A stretch of 64,000 nucleotides of DNA, taken from positions 45,137 to 109,136 of IMG/VR virus record IMGVR_UViG_3300004463_001172; one strand, written 5' to 3'. This document shows, one piece after another, positions 18,038-27,835 of this stretch. The notes beneath the pieces were generated by a model, which was given only the letters and a program-made list of their open reading frames with translations, was not told the origin of the DNA and did not search any database. Each line of letters starts with the position of its first letter. The first letter of the stretch is position 1. A program made the translations under genes and the position numbers. This stretch comes from a virus.

Positions 18038-19760
18038 TTATCGCCCCTCACGTCGATAAGCCTGCTCTCGCCGCCACGCGGCTTCCATTTGCCGAAAGAG
18101 GGGTTGCGATACTAAGACATAGTCACCGACGGGCGTCCCAATGACACTGCTGGCATCCATCACCTCGACAAAGATCGGCCAGCCGAATTGCTGCGGGGGG
18201 TCCAAGAGGACTTGCGTGCGCTCGCTCGCGGCGGCCACGACCGTCAGGCGCCGCAGCCATAAGGGCTCCCCATCCAACTGAATGCTTGTGCGGGTTCCAT
18301 AATTGCCAATCTGGATCCGGATGCATCCCTCAGCCATTATTCCCTCGGTCATGACGTAAAGAGTGTGTCGAGATCACCTTCCCCCAACCGGCTCAGATCT
18401 GGATTATATGCCACCAACCGGTTCCATTCGGGTCCTGGGCGTACAGCATCGGCTTTCATCAGGAGCCGTAAGTCTTCCTTCGCGTCTGGTCCCAATGGCG
18501 GTCCTATCGGGCGTACCTCCTCCCAGCGTGGCCCTACCTGAAGGATGCCTACCGCCAGGCAGTAATGAAGGAGGAGCATCCCCTGATATGGAATATGGGG
18601 TATCGGCGTCTTCCACGTCGGATTCATCGCCACTCCTCTGCATAGTGCATAGAGCCTAGCCCTTCACATGCATCTCGCGTCAGGCGTCTTGGTGAGCGTG
18701 CAGGCCTTCTGGAGCTGATTCACGATCCGCAACAGGAACGTCACATCTTCCGCATAACATTGTGGCCAATTGCCATCGTCCGCTAACGCTCGTGCCTGAA
18801 TCGCTAAGGCCTTTATCTCAGTTAAGCGCTGTACTTTATCCTTCAAACGGCCTATGACTAATGGCTGCATAATACGTTTTCCTGCGGAGGTCATCCCATT
18901 ATTCCGAGCCATCGTCCACGTCCTCTTCATCCCGGACATAGCCAAGTGCATTAAACTCGTCATCAGATTCTCTACTATGTGGGCAGTGGGTGTGTGCCGG
19001 TCACTCCCACCGTGACCCCTTCCCGCGAGCCATCTTCGCTTGCCCCTAACGCCTTGACCAGAACGGTGATTAGTCCCTCTCCCGGCTGAGGGAGCGCCTC
19101 AAGGTTCTGGGGATCATCTGGTGCATAGCGCCGCGGCTGGGAATCAATGGTGATGTCTACATAGACACCAGTTCTCCATCGTGTGATCATATAGACATGG
19201 CCTACATAGCCATTGACCGTGACCTCACACCCTTCACGAAGGTCCTGAAGCCATCTCGAGGTTGGCTTGAACGCCAACTGAAGGCTTCCTGCAATCATGT
19301 GACTCATTCTAGGTTCTCTTCATACCGGATATACCCGAGTGCATTAAACTCGTCAGCCGTTAGTGTCCGGCGGACACTATTATAGACTGGCGGTTCGGTC
19401 GATAGTATGAGTTGTCCAACTGACGCATCCGTCGGGCCACTGATCCATGTGATCCGCATGGGGCGATAGGGTGGCTTGGGCAGGCAATAAAGGTCACTGG
19501 TGCCTTGGCCAGATAGCCATCGTTGTAAGATCTCATCATAGCTCACGGGAGTCATGATAGGCTCCTTTGCACTAACGCCCACTGTTCTGGTGTGAGGTCG
19601 GTCTCATCAACATAGAAGACTAATTCCCACCCTAGCGTCTCCCCAGGTGTCTGTTCGAGGCACAATCGACCTGGGACCGTCCACGTCGGCCCAACTGCAG
19701 GCGTATGGAAGGTCACCAAGGCTTCAGGGTCACGGATCACGAATCGATGGAGCATTCGAT
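18038..19760 (-). other. Run of about six small hypothetical genes inserted in the head operon
   Basis: Overlapping start/stop ORFs 18038-18352, 18349-18633, 18664-~18900, 18975-19307, 19304-~19555, 19552-~19755. Confidence 0.65.
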
Positions 19761-19765
19761 CCCCC

Positions 19766-20218
19766 TCAGAACGGCACATCATAAGGTGCGATCTCAACAC
19801 TCAGCCGCCCATGATCCATCTCAGTGGTTTCCTCCCAGGCCCGTTTTAAGCGACGATAGGGCGATAACTGACACCAGTCACAATGACAGGAATCCGCGCT
19901 TTCCTGCTCGGTATCCCCGTCATTTTTTGCCACTATTCCTGCCGCTGTTGATATCGTACAGGCCTTGGCTGGAGCCGGTTCAGACTGGAATATCGCGGAA
20001 AAGTTCGCGGAATGATGTGATGGGGATGCCTCCGCGTTATGTTCCGCGATATTCCGCGTTATTTTCCGCGATATTTTCCGCGATTGATGGGTCGTTAAAT
20101 GCCGGTGGAGCGCATCGGCCGAGACCTGATACCGCTGCGCAATCTCTTTCGCAGTACCGCGTGCCCGCTCCATCGTAGCTCGATTCGGATGTCGACAAAT
20201 GGAGCATGGGCGTCCCAT
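19766..20218 (-). CDS. Zn-finger/HTH protein resembling small-terminase-type N-termini
   Basis: MGRPCSICRHP.R...EIAQRYQVS.DAL.RH; internal TTCCGCG repeats. Confidence 0.6.
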   Translation of the reverse strand: MGRPCSICRHPNRATMERARGTAKEIAQRYQVSADALHRHLTTHQSRKISRKITRNIAEHNAEASPSHHSANFSAIFQSEPAPAKACTISTAAGIVAKNDGDTEQESADSCHCDWCQLSPYRRLKRAWEETTEMDHGRLSVEIAPYDVPF

Positions 20219-20340
20219 CCCGTTCCCTCTCTCACACCCGCTAGGTGACCCGATCTCGGGTGACCCTGGCTCTTGGTATGTCCCAAGGCCTAATCGTGTC
20301 ACCTGGCGTCTCTATGACCATATACTCTACGTCATTCCCG

Positions 20341-20398
20341 ATGCATACTTTGCGCGTGTGCGCTATTCATACATAGCGCTATTGCGCAAAGTATGCAT
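20341..20398. other. Nested palindrome (15-bp outer and 7-bp inner stems)
   Basis: ATGCATACTTTGCGC...GCGCTAT-tcatac-ATAGCGC...GCGCAAAGTATGCAT. Confidence 0.85.
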
Positions 20399-20497
20399 TC
20401 TCTCTGGGTATCTGACACCCACACCATCTCTCTAACATATTGTTCATAGAGAGAATAATCGACTATTTCCCATAATATGTATTCTGTTACGTCGTCC

Positions 20498-21409
20498 TTA
20501 CTCCCCGTCGAGGGCCGGTCGCAAGGATTCGACATCCACGACGCTTCGGCATCGACAGCTAATGGCGAGTGCGGCCGGTAATCTAGGATCGTGAGGCCCC
20601 TTCGCTTGATAGGTCGCTCCATCCGTATCCTGCAAGGTAAAGTCGCCCGTCAGCACCGGACGTTGGGCTAACAACGCCGGTCGGCGGTGTGCCGGTCTCA
20701 CCCGCGCATCGCCCGCATTGAGCCATTGCTTGCGCGGGGTGAGTTCCGGAAAGACCTGAGAGGCTCGCTGCTGTAGTTGCTCCTGTCGGCTCTGGGTGGC
20801 CAAGCTGAACGACCGATTGAGTTCCGTGCGGGTTATCACCTCCGCACGTGTGGCGATAGACCCGAAGCGTCCCGCCGCATCAGCTTGGGTCCGCAGCACC
20901 TCGGCCACCTCACGCTGGATCTGAAACGGGGTTCGCCCGCCAAGTGTCCCTAATTGTAGTTCGGTTGAAATTTTTCGGATGGCATCAGCACTCATGTTCG
21001 TAATAAGCTCTGCTTGATACCCCTGAAGAATACTGACGAGCCTTGGTTCAATGCTCGGAATCGCCGCCATGATATCTAAACCAACAGCCACGAGCGGCTG
21101 ATCAACACTTGTCAGACCGAAGTCCCACATGTGGCGTGATTGCTCATCAAAATAACGATGGTACGTGCGGGAAAATTCGGCCATAGTTTCTTCAACTGAT
21201 CGTTGTAGTCGTGGCAGGAATTGGGCAAGATAGCTGCTTTCATCAACTTCACTGATGGCATCGATAATCCGCCGCCTCGCATCGGCCAATAGTTGTAAAA
21301 CTCGTTTAACGGATGCCTCTTCAAGGTTATCAACCTCCTTAAGCAGCGCTGCCAATGTATCAGCATAACGCTGCTCAGGAGATTGAGCCGCAAGTAAGCG
21401 GTTAGTCAA
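20498..21409 (-). CDS. Minor head / head morphogenesis protein (Mu F / SPP1 gp7-like)
   Basis: RAEVITRTE, KQWLNAGDARVRPAH, P.DP.LPA...I.CRC. Confidence 0.88.
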   Translation of the reverse strand: MTNRLLAAQSPEQRYADTLAALLKEVDNLEEASVKRVLQLLADARRRIIDAISEVDESSYLAQFLPRLQRSVEETMAEFSRTYHRYFDEQSRHMWDFGLTSVDQPLVAVGLDIMAAIPSIEPRLVSILQGYQAELITNMSADAIRKISTELQLGTLGGRTPFQIQREVAEVLRTQADAAGRFGSIATRAEVITRTELNRSFSLATQSRQEQLQQRASQVFPELTPRKQWLNAGDARVRPAHRRPALLAQRPVLTGDFTLQDTDGATYQAKGPHDPRLPAALAISCRCRSVVDVESLRPALDGE

Positions 21410-21414
21410 AGTAA

Positions 21415-21499
21415 AACCCCTAGCTCACCTCACCATAACTAACCATACCCCACCCCAACTAACCCAACCTCGCCAAAGCCGACCGCACCAACCCTCACC
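21415..21499 (-). repeat. Pentamer array, 17 x GGT-NN
   Basis: GGT GA GGG TT GGT GC GGT CG GCT TT GGC GA GGT TG GGT TA GTT GG GGT GG GGT AT GGT TA GTT AT GGT GA GGT GA GCT AG GGG TT. Confidence 0.9.
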
Positions 21500-21650
21500 G
21501 GATTTTCTGTCGTTCCGCTTTTTCTCGTATCGATAACTCAATAATAGCCGTCATTGAGATACCATTTGCTTCAGCTAACGCTTTTAAGAGCCGTTGCGCT
21601 TCAGCACTCAAACGGAACGTCATGGGCTTAGATTCACCAGTCTCAGCCAT
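21495..21650 (-). CDS. Ribbon-helix-helix (CopG/Arc-like) regulator, probably leaderless
   Basis: MTFRLSAEAQRLLKALAEANGISMTAIIELSIRE; TTGACG-18-TATAAT ends 6 nt before ATG. Confidence 0.8.
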   Translation of the reverse strand: MAETGESKPMTFRLSAEAQRLLKALAEANGISMTAIIELSIREKAERQKIR

Positions 21651-21725
21651 ACCAATATTATACATACTGAGACTGTACAACGTCAATACAATTCTTGCGG
21701 TGTCAAGGCTTCACGGATCAGCAGC

Positions 21726-23252
21726 CTACCGGCTATAGCGCTGTTCCCGTTCGGTGACGTCTCGCCCCAGCACTCCTCCTGGCCGCTGTCGTGACGCGGC
21801 CGCCAAGCCCCGCGCCTGGTCTAGCTGGAGTGGTGTCTGGGGCTCCGGTAATATTTCTGGTTTAGGAGCCTCGGGAATCGTCTGGGCCTCCTCGGGGAGT
21901 CCTTCGGGTAAGGGCGGTAGCTCAATCCCCAGTTCCGCCGCCACGCGCCGGGCCAGACTGGCCGCCTCCGCTTTCGTAAAGTAGTGCTGTTGCTCCCCGA
22001 CCAGCACCGCCGCCGTTACATCTTTGAGCGTCGTCGCCGCTTGCGCGAGGTCTGGCGTACTAACTTCCGAGGCTTCAACCGTAATCTGCTTGGCCTCGTT
22101 ATTCAGTGTTTTGGGCAGACGTCCGGCCAGTATGGCTTGATCCCGCACAAACTCCAAGATCGATTGCATCATTGCCTTCACTTCTTTTTGGCGCTTACTG
22201 AGGGACTTTAGAATGGGCAGGGATTGGGAGTCGAGGGTGGATCGATTCGTATCGGCTCCAGAAAATACCCATGCCTCTGGGAACCCATTGGAAATCATGG
22301 TTTGCATCCGCATCGTGCGGGCTTGCTCGCTGATATCCGTGGCATGGAGGTCAGGCGCAATCGCTTGCCAGTGCACATTCTGGTTATGGGCGCGCATGCT
22401 ACTGCCCCGAGGAATCGAGTTGCGCGCGAGCCAGGCTTTGATCTGGTCTTCGCTCATATTATCAAGCGTCACATCCCAGAGCATATCCGTATAGTAAGTA
22501 GCGCGTTCGGCCTGTCCGAACAAGAACCGGTCGTAGAGGTCGAGCCAATCAAAGCTACAGAGGAGGTCCGAGCGCCCCCGGGCCGCATTGCTCAGGTTAT
22601 TAATCGCAAAGAAGAAGGTTCCGACCGGCCGCTCGTCACTGACCCCTCGCGTGCCGATGAGCAAGCCGTGCGTGGGCGAGCGCTCTTGCTCATCCACATG
22701 AATAATAGGGATGGGTGGGGGCTCAAGGCCTTGGCGTGATTTGAGGTGCACGGCGGTGAGGATTTCGGCGTTATTCGGGTCTATCGCCACATGCTTGACA
22801 TTGGCAGGGTCGATATAGCCCAGCCGTACCCGGCCATCCGATGCCCGGACAAAGGCCGGCCAGATACTTTCCCCAAAGATAAAGAGCTGCCGCACTCGCT
22901 TGAATTGCTTGATCGGCCAGGCGTTGATGGGGTCATGCCAGAACTCGTCCAAAACCTCCTGGAGCGCGTCATTCCCGGCTTTATAGGTAAAGCCTTCGCC
23001 GACGACAAAATCCACTAAGATTTCGATCATCCGGTGCGCGAGGGGGTTGCTATCATACTGCCAGGCCGCAATCTCGAACATGCGGTCTTGCTCAAGAGGC
23101 TCTAAGCTGCGGTCCCCTTGGCTGGTGAGGCTCCGGTACGCCCGTGCGGGATTAAAGTTATCGCCCGCCCAATCTGGATCAGGTCCCAGCAGTGGCCCCG
23201 CTTCGGTCAGCCGCACGCCTTGGGACGTGAGCCACGTCTGCATCCAACTCAT
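21726..23252 (-). CDS. Portal protein
   Basis: NPLAHR..EI..DFVVGEG, FGE, RGRSDL; position after terL. Confidence 0.88.
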   Translation of the reverse strand: MSWMQTWLTSQGVRLTEAGPLLGPDPDWAGDNFNPARAYRSLTSQGDRSLEPLEQDRMFEIAAWQYDSNPLAHRMIEILVDFVVGEGFTYKAGNDALQEVLDEFWHDPINAWPIKQFKRVRQLFIFGESIWPAFVRASDGRVRLGYIDPANVKHVAIDPNNAEILTAVHLKSRQGLEPPPIPIIHVDEQERSPTHGLLIGTRGVSDERPVGTFFFAINNLSNAARGRSDLLCSFDWLDLYDRFLFGQAERATYYTDMLWDVTLDNMSEDQIKAWLARNSIPRGSSMRAHNQNVHWQAIAPDLHATDISEQARTMRMQTMISNGFPEAWVFSGADTNRSTLDSQSLPILKSLSKRQKEVKAMMQSILEFVRDQAILAGRLPKTLNNEAKQITVEASEVSTPDLAQAATTLKDVTAAVLVGEQQHYFTKAEAASLARRVAAELGIELPPLPEGLPEEAQTIPEAPKPEILPEPQTPLQLDQARGLAAASRQRPGGVLGRDVTEREQRYSR

Positions 23253-23625
23253 GCTTTACTCCGACTTCCCGGCGCAAGGCCGAAGAGAGGTTGTGGGACT
23301 TCTTGGGTATAGATCCCATGTTCCTGTTGCGCACTGAGATCCTGCCCCATGATGGCCTTGAGCCAGGCATACCCATCTGCGGTGATTTGTGACAGATTGC
23401 CTTGTGCGTCCGCGCGGTGCCAATCCTCCCAAGTACTGAGCTGGCGGAGACATTCGGCTTCATCGAACACCTCACGCCAGCGCCCACCCCAAAAGACGGG
23501 ATCATAGAGCCCATAGCGTGGGGGCTCATCAGGGACAGAGACCAGATCGGTATACTCAGCATGGAGGCGCTCCCGGCCCTTCCGGTCCTTCAGCGTGTGC
23601 ATCGTCACCCGTCGAGCATAAATAA

Positions 23626-23865
23626 TCAGAGGATGACCCTCCAAGCGATCCGCAGTACTGTTAAAGCCCCAGCAAGCGCTACGACCAGGACCAATGCAAC
23701 TGAGACGCCAACCCCATGCCAAAATAAGCATTTAACGACCCATGGCGCCTGATCTTGCTTCTGAATATCCCTAATATGGATCATGGTCCAAAAAGAGAAC
23801 CCTGCCAATCCTGCATAAGCGAGCATGCCGAGGCAGAGCGCGAATTGCACGGGAAACGTCATCAC
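23626..23865 (-). CDS. Small two-TM membrane protein
   Basis: Two hydrophobic segments; coupled to the terL stop. Confidence 0.55.
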   Translation of the reverse strand: MMTFPVQFALCLGMLAYAGLAGFSFWTMIHIRDIQKQDQAPWVVKCLFWHGVGVSVALVLVVALAGALTVLRIAWRVIL

Positions 23866-25439
23866 ATCCCTCGACGGAAGAAACTGCGCCCTCGGTTGAT
23901 CTCTGGCTCAGGGCGCGGTTGTGAGGTCTGCGCTTCACGCCAGATGCGCTGCATCTCGTCAGGGCTCACATCCTGGGCCGGGCCGCCATCTTCCGTGAGC
24001 GCTAAAAACCCATGCCACGCACCTTCGATTTGATCATCATGGCCGCCGGGGAAGCCATCCGCCTCAGTTAACCAGGCCGCATTCCATGCCCCGGCGACTA
24101 ATCGCACATTGCCCGCCTCGGCTTGGGACGCAAAGGGCCTCGCGGTGGTTTCTTTGTTGATCGTTTGTGGCCGCATCACAACCGTATACCCGGCGAGTTG
24201 ACGGACGTGATATTCCACCTCCATTTTTCCCGCTTGGCCAGGGTCTTTGAGCAACACAATCCGAACATCATGGCCGTCTTGTGCGGCCGTATGGTGAATC
24301 ATCGCCTCAACGCCAGACGAGGAGACGCGATCCCGCTGGACATCGGCCACATAGATATAGCCGGCGGGGTCCCGGCCTACGAGCACGCCCGCCGTGTAAT
24401 CCGGGTCTGGATTCTGTGGGCTGGGCTCCGTCCCCGCCCGATCCCAGACCCGCACCCACTGGCAATCGGCTGGCGCGGCTGGAACAACATCAAACCAATG
24501 TCGCTTAAAAAATTGTCCAGCAGTGGGCCGCGCTTTCCAGTTCCCATAACGGAGGCGCTCCCGGAGATACCCCACTTGAAGCATCAGGTTGGATTCATAG
24601 TGTGGGTCGCGCTCGCGCCCCACCGGGTTATCTTCGAGCGTGCCAGGGATAAACGCGACAGACTTAGGAAAGATGCCCGGTCCATACGTTTCATAGAGCT
24701 CCGTATCGGTGTTTGCCCAGGCGAAGTCATCATTGGGCGTGCGAATAAACCACCGCGTGCAGCCCGCCCGTGCCGCAATGGGAAACCCCTCCGCATCAAT
24801 CCACCATGATAAAAATGTGGCCAACCATGAATCCGGATCAGGGTTGCACGTCGCCCGACAATACGGGCGCACGCCACAGGTGGACCGATTGCGGCCAAGC
24901 ATATAAAAGAATTGACTACTCGAAAACTCTTCGAGCTGATCAAAACAGAGGAGACAAATCTGTGAACCATAGTAGGCAAACTCATCGCCCGCGTGCTGCA
25001 GATGGGCAAAGTTGACGGACGCGCCCTGCGGAAAGGTCCAATTCATTTTTGAAGGTACCGCGCCCAGCGGCCGATACAGCTTTTGGCTCTCATCCCACAT
25101 ACCGCCTTCGACGGTAATCCGTGAGTACGTTCGGCGGAAAATCGTCGCACCAAAATCGCGGTTCGCAATATGGTGGAGCGGTTCAAGTAAGAGCGCAAAG
25201 GTCTTGCCAGCGTAGGCCGCCCCGCCAAAGATGACAATGTCCGCCGTCTCGTGGAGTACCTGGACTTGCTTCGGTTGTGGCGTAATCCCTAAGCGCTGCA
25301 GGCTCTCCGATAAACTATCGAGCGGTAGCGCTGCTCGATCCGGCTCTGGCGGCACCAACTGCTCAGAAAATCTCTGCCGCCAGCGATCCATCACCGACAG
25401 CTTGCGCGCCACCCCAGGCCCCAGGCTATTCATACCCAT
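23862..25439 (-). CDS. terL: Terminase large subunit
   Basis: Walker A GGAAYAGKT, RATCNP, WD.A...DYTAG, HDDQ nuclease motif. Confidence 0.93.
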   Translation of the reverse strand: MGMNSLGPGVARKLSVMDRWRQRFSEQLVPPEPDRAALPLDSLSESLQRLGITPQPKQVQVLHETADIVIFGGAAYAGKTFALLLEPLHHIANRDFGATIFRRTYSRITVEGGMWDESQKLYRPLGAVPSKMNWTFPQGASVNFAHLQHAGDEFAYYGSQICLLCFDQLEEFSSSQFFYMLGRNRSTCGVRPYCRATCNPDPDSWLATFLSWWIDAEGFPIAARAGCTRWFIRTPNDDFAWANTDTELYETYGPGIFPKSVAFIPGTLEDNPVGRERDPHYESNLMLQVGYLRERLRYGNWKARPTAGQFFKRHWFDVVPAAPADCQWVRVWDRAGTEPSPQNPDPDYTAGVLVGRDPAGYIYVADVQRDRVSSSGVEAMIHHTAAQDGHDVRIVLLKDPGQAGKMEVEYHVRQLAGYTVVMRPQTINKETTARPFASQAEAGNVRLVAGAWNAAWLTEADGFPGGHDDQIEGAWHGFLALTEDGGPAQDVSPDEMQRIWREAQTSQPRPEPEINRGRSFFRRGM

Positions 25440-26094
25440 TCTGTCCCTGCCGCATCAGCACCGTCCCTTGCATATCCGCGGCAATCGCCGCTAAGACTTT
25501 TCGGTCGGTCACATGGCGCTGAATAATCTGAACCGTCTGTGTCAGCAGGAGCATGGCTTGATCCATATTCAGCACTTCATGGGCTTGCGTGAGCCGGCGA
25601 TTCTCACTATCACAGAGCTTGCGCCGCAGCTCAAATTGCTTACTGAGCTCATCCCAGGCGGCATAGTCATTGGCGCCTTGACTGACGTAGCGCTCGGCCT
25701 GCGACAACGCGATCATCATCCCATCAATGTTCTTGCGAGATTCTTCCATCCGCATCTTCGCAAAGGCCTCTTGAGCCTGGCGCCAGAGGCTCCCGGCTTC
25801 CCCGGCATCCACACGCTTGAGCAAATCGATAATGCGGGCATCGGTCGCCGCAATCGCATCGCGGAGTTCGAGGAGGGTCTCATCCTTGAGCGACGCTTCC
25901 GCATCAGCAGCCATGCGCGAGGGAAGAAATTTAGAATATTTCCCGGTGCGGAAATGGGGCGAGCCTGGCCCTATCGGTGATTTACCACCATGGATATAAC
26001 AGACTTCACGGCCTCGTGAGGCGCGGCGTTGACAGGGTTGCTGAGAGCGTTTCGATTTCGCCTTACACTGCATCTCGGCTATCCATAAGGTCAC
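25426..26094 (-). CDS. terS: Terminase small subunit-like protein (HGGxSTG domain)
   Basis: C.AKSKRS...C...C.IHGGKS, G.YSK; directly upstream of terL. Confidence 0.75.
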   Translation of the reverse strand: MTLWIAEMQCKAKSKRSQQPCQRRASRGREVCYIHGGKSPIGPGSPHFRTGKYSKFLPSRMAADAEASLKDETLLELRDAIAATDARIIDLLKRVDAGEAGSLWRQAQEAFAKMRMEESRKNIDGMMIALSQAERYVSQGANDYAAWDELSKQFELRRKLCDSENRRLTQAHEVLNMDQAMLLLTQTVQIIQRHVTDRKVLAAIAADMQGTVLMRQGQNGYE

Positions 26095-26114
26095 TAAAAA
26101 CCAAGAGGTTATAT

Positions 26115-26490
26115 CTAACGCTTCGGTACAAGCGTCATCCCATAGTCATTGATCCCGCGAGGAATCTCCAACCCTGGCTTACGAATGAGTTGGTTATGCT
26201 TGAAAGGTCGATAATCCACTTGATGCAGCCAGCGCTGCCATTTCCTCGTAATCTTCACGACGTCAGGATGTTGCTGTTGCAGAGAACGCGCCATTTCGAG
26301 TCGGCCATCAAAGTCAAGTGTTTTGCGATACAGTTCATCAGTATTCCCACCACGGATCGTCATAGTTGGTAGTTTTGCTGCTAAAAACGCATTAAACAAG
26401 ATAGTGCAGTAGCCATCTTTGAGAAACCGTAGCGACAAATCCGTATCTTCGTTATACCGTCCTCTCCAGCGATACGTAACTGTGTTACTG
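26115..26490 (-). pseudogene. C-terminal remnant of a TET-associated/GREB1-like DNA glycosyltransferase
   Basis: YRWRGRYNEDTDLSLR.LKDG.CT..FNAFL..K..T...GGNT..LY; N-terminal part absent. Confidence 0.75.
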
Positions 26491-26586
26491 TTGAATTTGC
26501 GGATGCACACGAATGTTCATCGGGTGCGCGAGGAAATCCTTCGCGGGCAGGACATCATGCTTTACGATGCGATTTTCCCAGGCCAT
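26485..26586 (-). pseudogene. N-terminal stub of a ParB-like protein (MAWENRIVKHDVLPAKDFLAHPMNIRVHPQIQQ*)
   Basis: GGAGG RBS; W.NRIV...LA.P.N.R.HP..Q motif stops abruptly after 33 aa. Confidence 0.65.
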
Positions 26587-26741
26587 CCAACCTCCGCCAA
26601 TAACGTGGTTCCCATCGCCCCAAGATCCTCCATCGCATGGTTATTATTACATAAATGACAGAGCGAATCCGCCACGTCAAGTCCGACCACACGCCAGCAG
26701 CGGAGCCGCCAACTCTTTTTTCAGAGACGTGTCATATTTAC

Positions 26742-26770
26742 TTGACAAATTTGCTATCATGAGATACATT
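26742..26770 (+). promoter_or_regulatory. sigma70 promoter
   Basis: TTGACA-17-TACATT. Confidence 0.75.
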
Positions 26771-26813
26771 ATAACTATCAGATACAGGGTCATCACACGA
26801 GAGAGGAGCGCAC

Positions 26814-27218
26814 ATGGCCGCACGAGGGTTAGGCAGTAAGTACCAGGGCTCGAAGTGGATCACTCGCGAGCGGCGATTAGGTATTTATCTGCGAGATGGG
26901 CTGGCATGTGCGTACTGCGGTCAGGGGTTGGAAGATGGCATCCTACTGACGCTGGATCACCTTGTCCCTCATATTGCTGGGGGTAGCAACGACTCCGCGA
27001 ACTTAGTGACAGCCTGCAGAACGTGCAATAGCGCCCGCGCCGAGCGCCCGATTGAAGAGTTTGCCGCACGAGTCGCCGGATACCTGAATCATGGCATCAC
27101 GGCTGAATCGATCGTGAAACACATTACCACCACGACGCAACGCCCCGTTGATCTTGCTGCGGCCAAGGCGCTCATTGCGGCTCGCGGGAGCTTTCGCAAC
27201 GCCTTATACGGAGCGTAA
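26814..27218 (+). CDS. HNH endonuclease
   Basis: RDGLACAYCG...TLDHLVP...GG....NLVTAC..CN. Confidence 0.9.
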   Translation: MAARGLGSKYQGSKWITRERRLGIYLRDGLACAYCGQGLEDGILLTLDHLVPHIAGGSNDSANLVTACRTCNSARAERPIEEFAARVAGYLNHGITAESIVKHITTTTQRPVDLAAAKALIAARGSFRNALYGA

Positions 27219-27222
27219 TCCG

Positions 27223-27702
27223 ATGGACCCGTCGCAGACGCACCCATGGCTGGCCTTGCGACTACAAGGCTGGACCTATCGACAAATCGGCAACAAATTT
27301 GGTGTAAGCGGTCAAGCCGTCCATCAGGTTCTCACTCCCCCACCACCGATTCGAGCCGTTGTCGCGCAGCGGGCGCACGAACGCTGTGACGTCTGTCGTG
27401 TGGACCTCGGCCTGACCGGTGAGGTGCATCATCCCAGTGGCGATGATCCCCACCATTGGCAAGATCTCGACCAGCTTCAATACCTCTGTAGGAACCATCA
27501 CTGGGAAGCCCACGGATTGTGCCTCCCCAGTCGCCAACCTCCTAAAGGGCTCCTGCTTCGGTTATCTCCAGCATTGATGGCTCGCCTGAAACGCGCTTCG
27601 ACCGCTCATCACCAATCCCTCCAAGCCATCGGGATACAAGCGCTAGAAGCCTGGCTCGCCAGGCAAGAACCCCCACCGAAGTACCAGCCGGGTGAATCTT
27701 GA
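27223..27702 (+). CDS. HTH + HNH-like + RHH-like protein
   Basis: GWTYRQIG.KFGVS.QAVHQ; CDVC...VHH...LC..HH; LLLRLSP.L..RLK. Confidence 0.65.
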   Translation: MDPSQTHPWLALRLQGWTYRQIGNKFGVSGQAVHQVLTPPPPIRAVVAQRAHERCDVCRVDLGLTGEVHHPSGDDPHHWQDLDQLQYLCRNHHWEAHGLCLPSRQPPKGLLLRLSPALMARLKRASTAHHQSLQAIGIQALEAWLARQEPPPKYQPGES

Positions 27703-27806
27703 CAGATATGATTGCAACGATCCTTACGCACCGTTTAGAAAAACTCTCTCAGGCATATATGGGCGAGAAATCTTTTGACGACTCACCCATAAACATAAAA
27801 TAAGCC

Positions 27807-27835
27807 TTGACTAAAACATAACTTTAGAATATATT
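27807..27835 (+). promoter_or_regulatory. Early sigma70 promoter (shares TAAAATAAGCCTTGAC with the 30747 promoter)
   Basis: TTGACT-17-TATATT. Confidence 0.8.

Noticed and set aside
24925-24960. TerL Walker B reads FDQLEE rather than DE
   Set aside because: DQxEE variants occur in terminases as far as I recall, and the other motifs are intact; not evidence of inactivation
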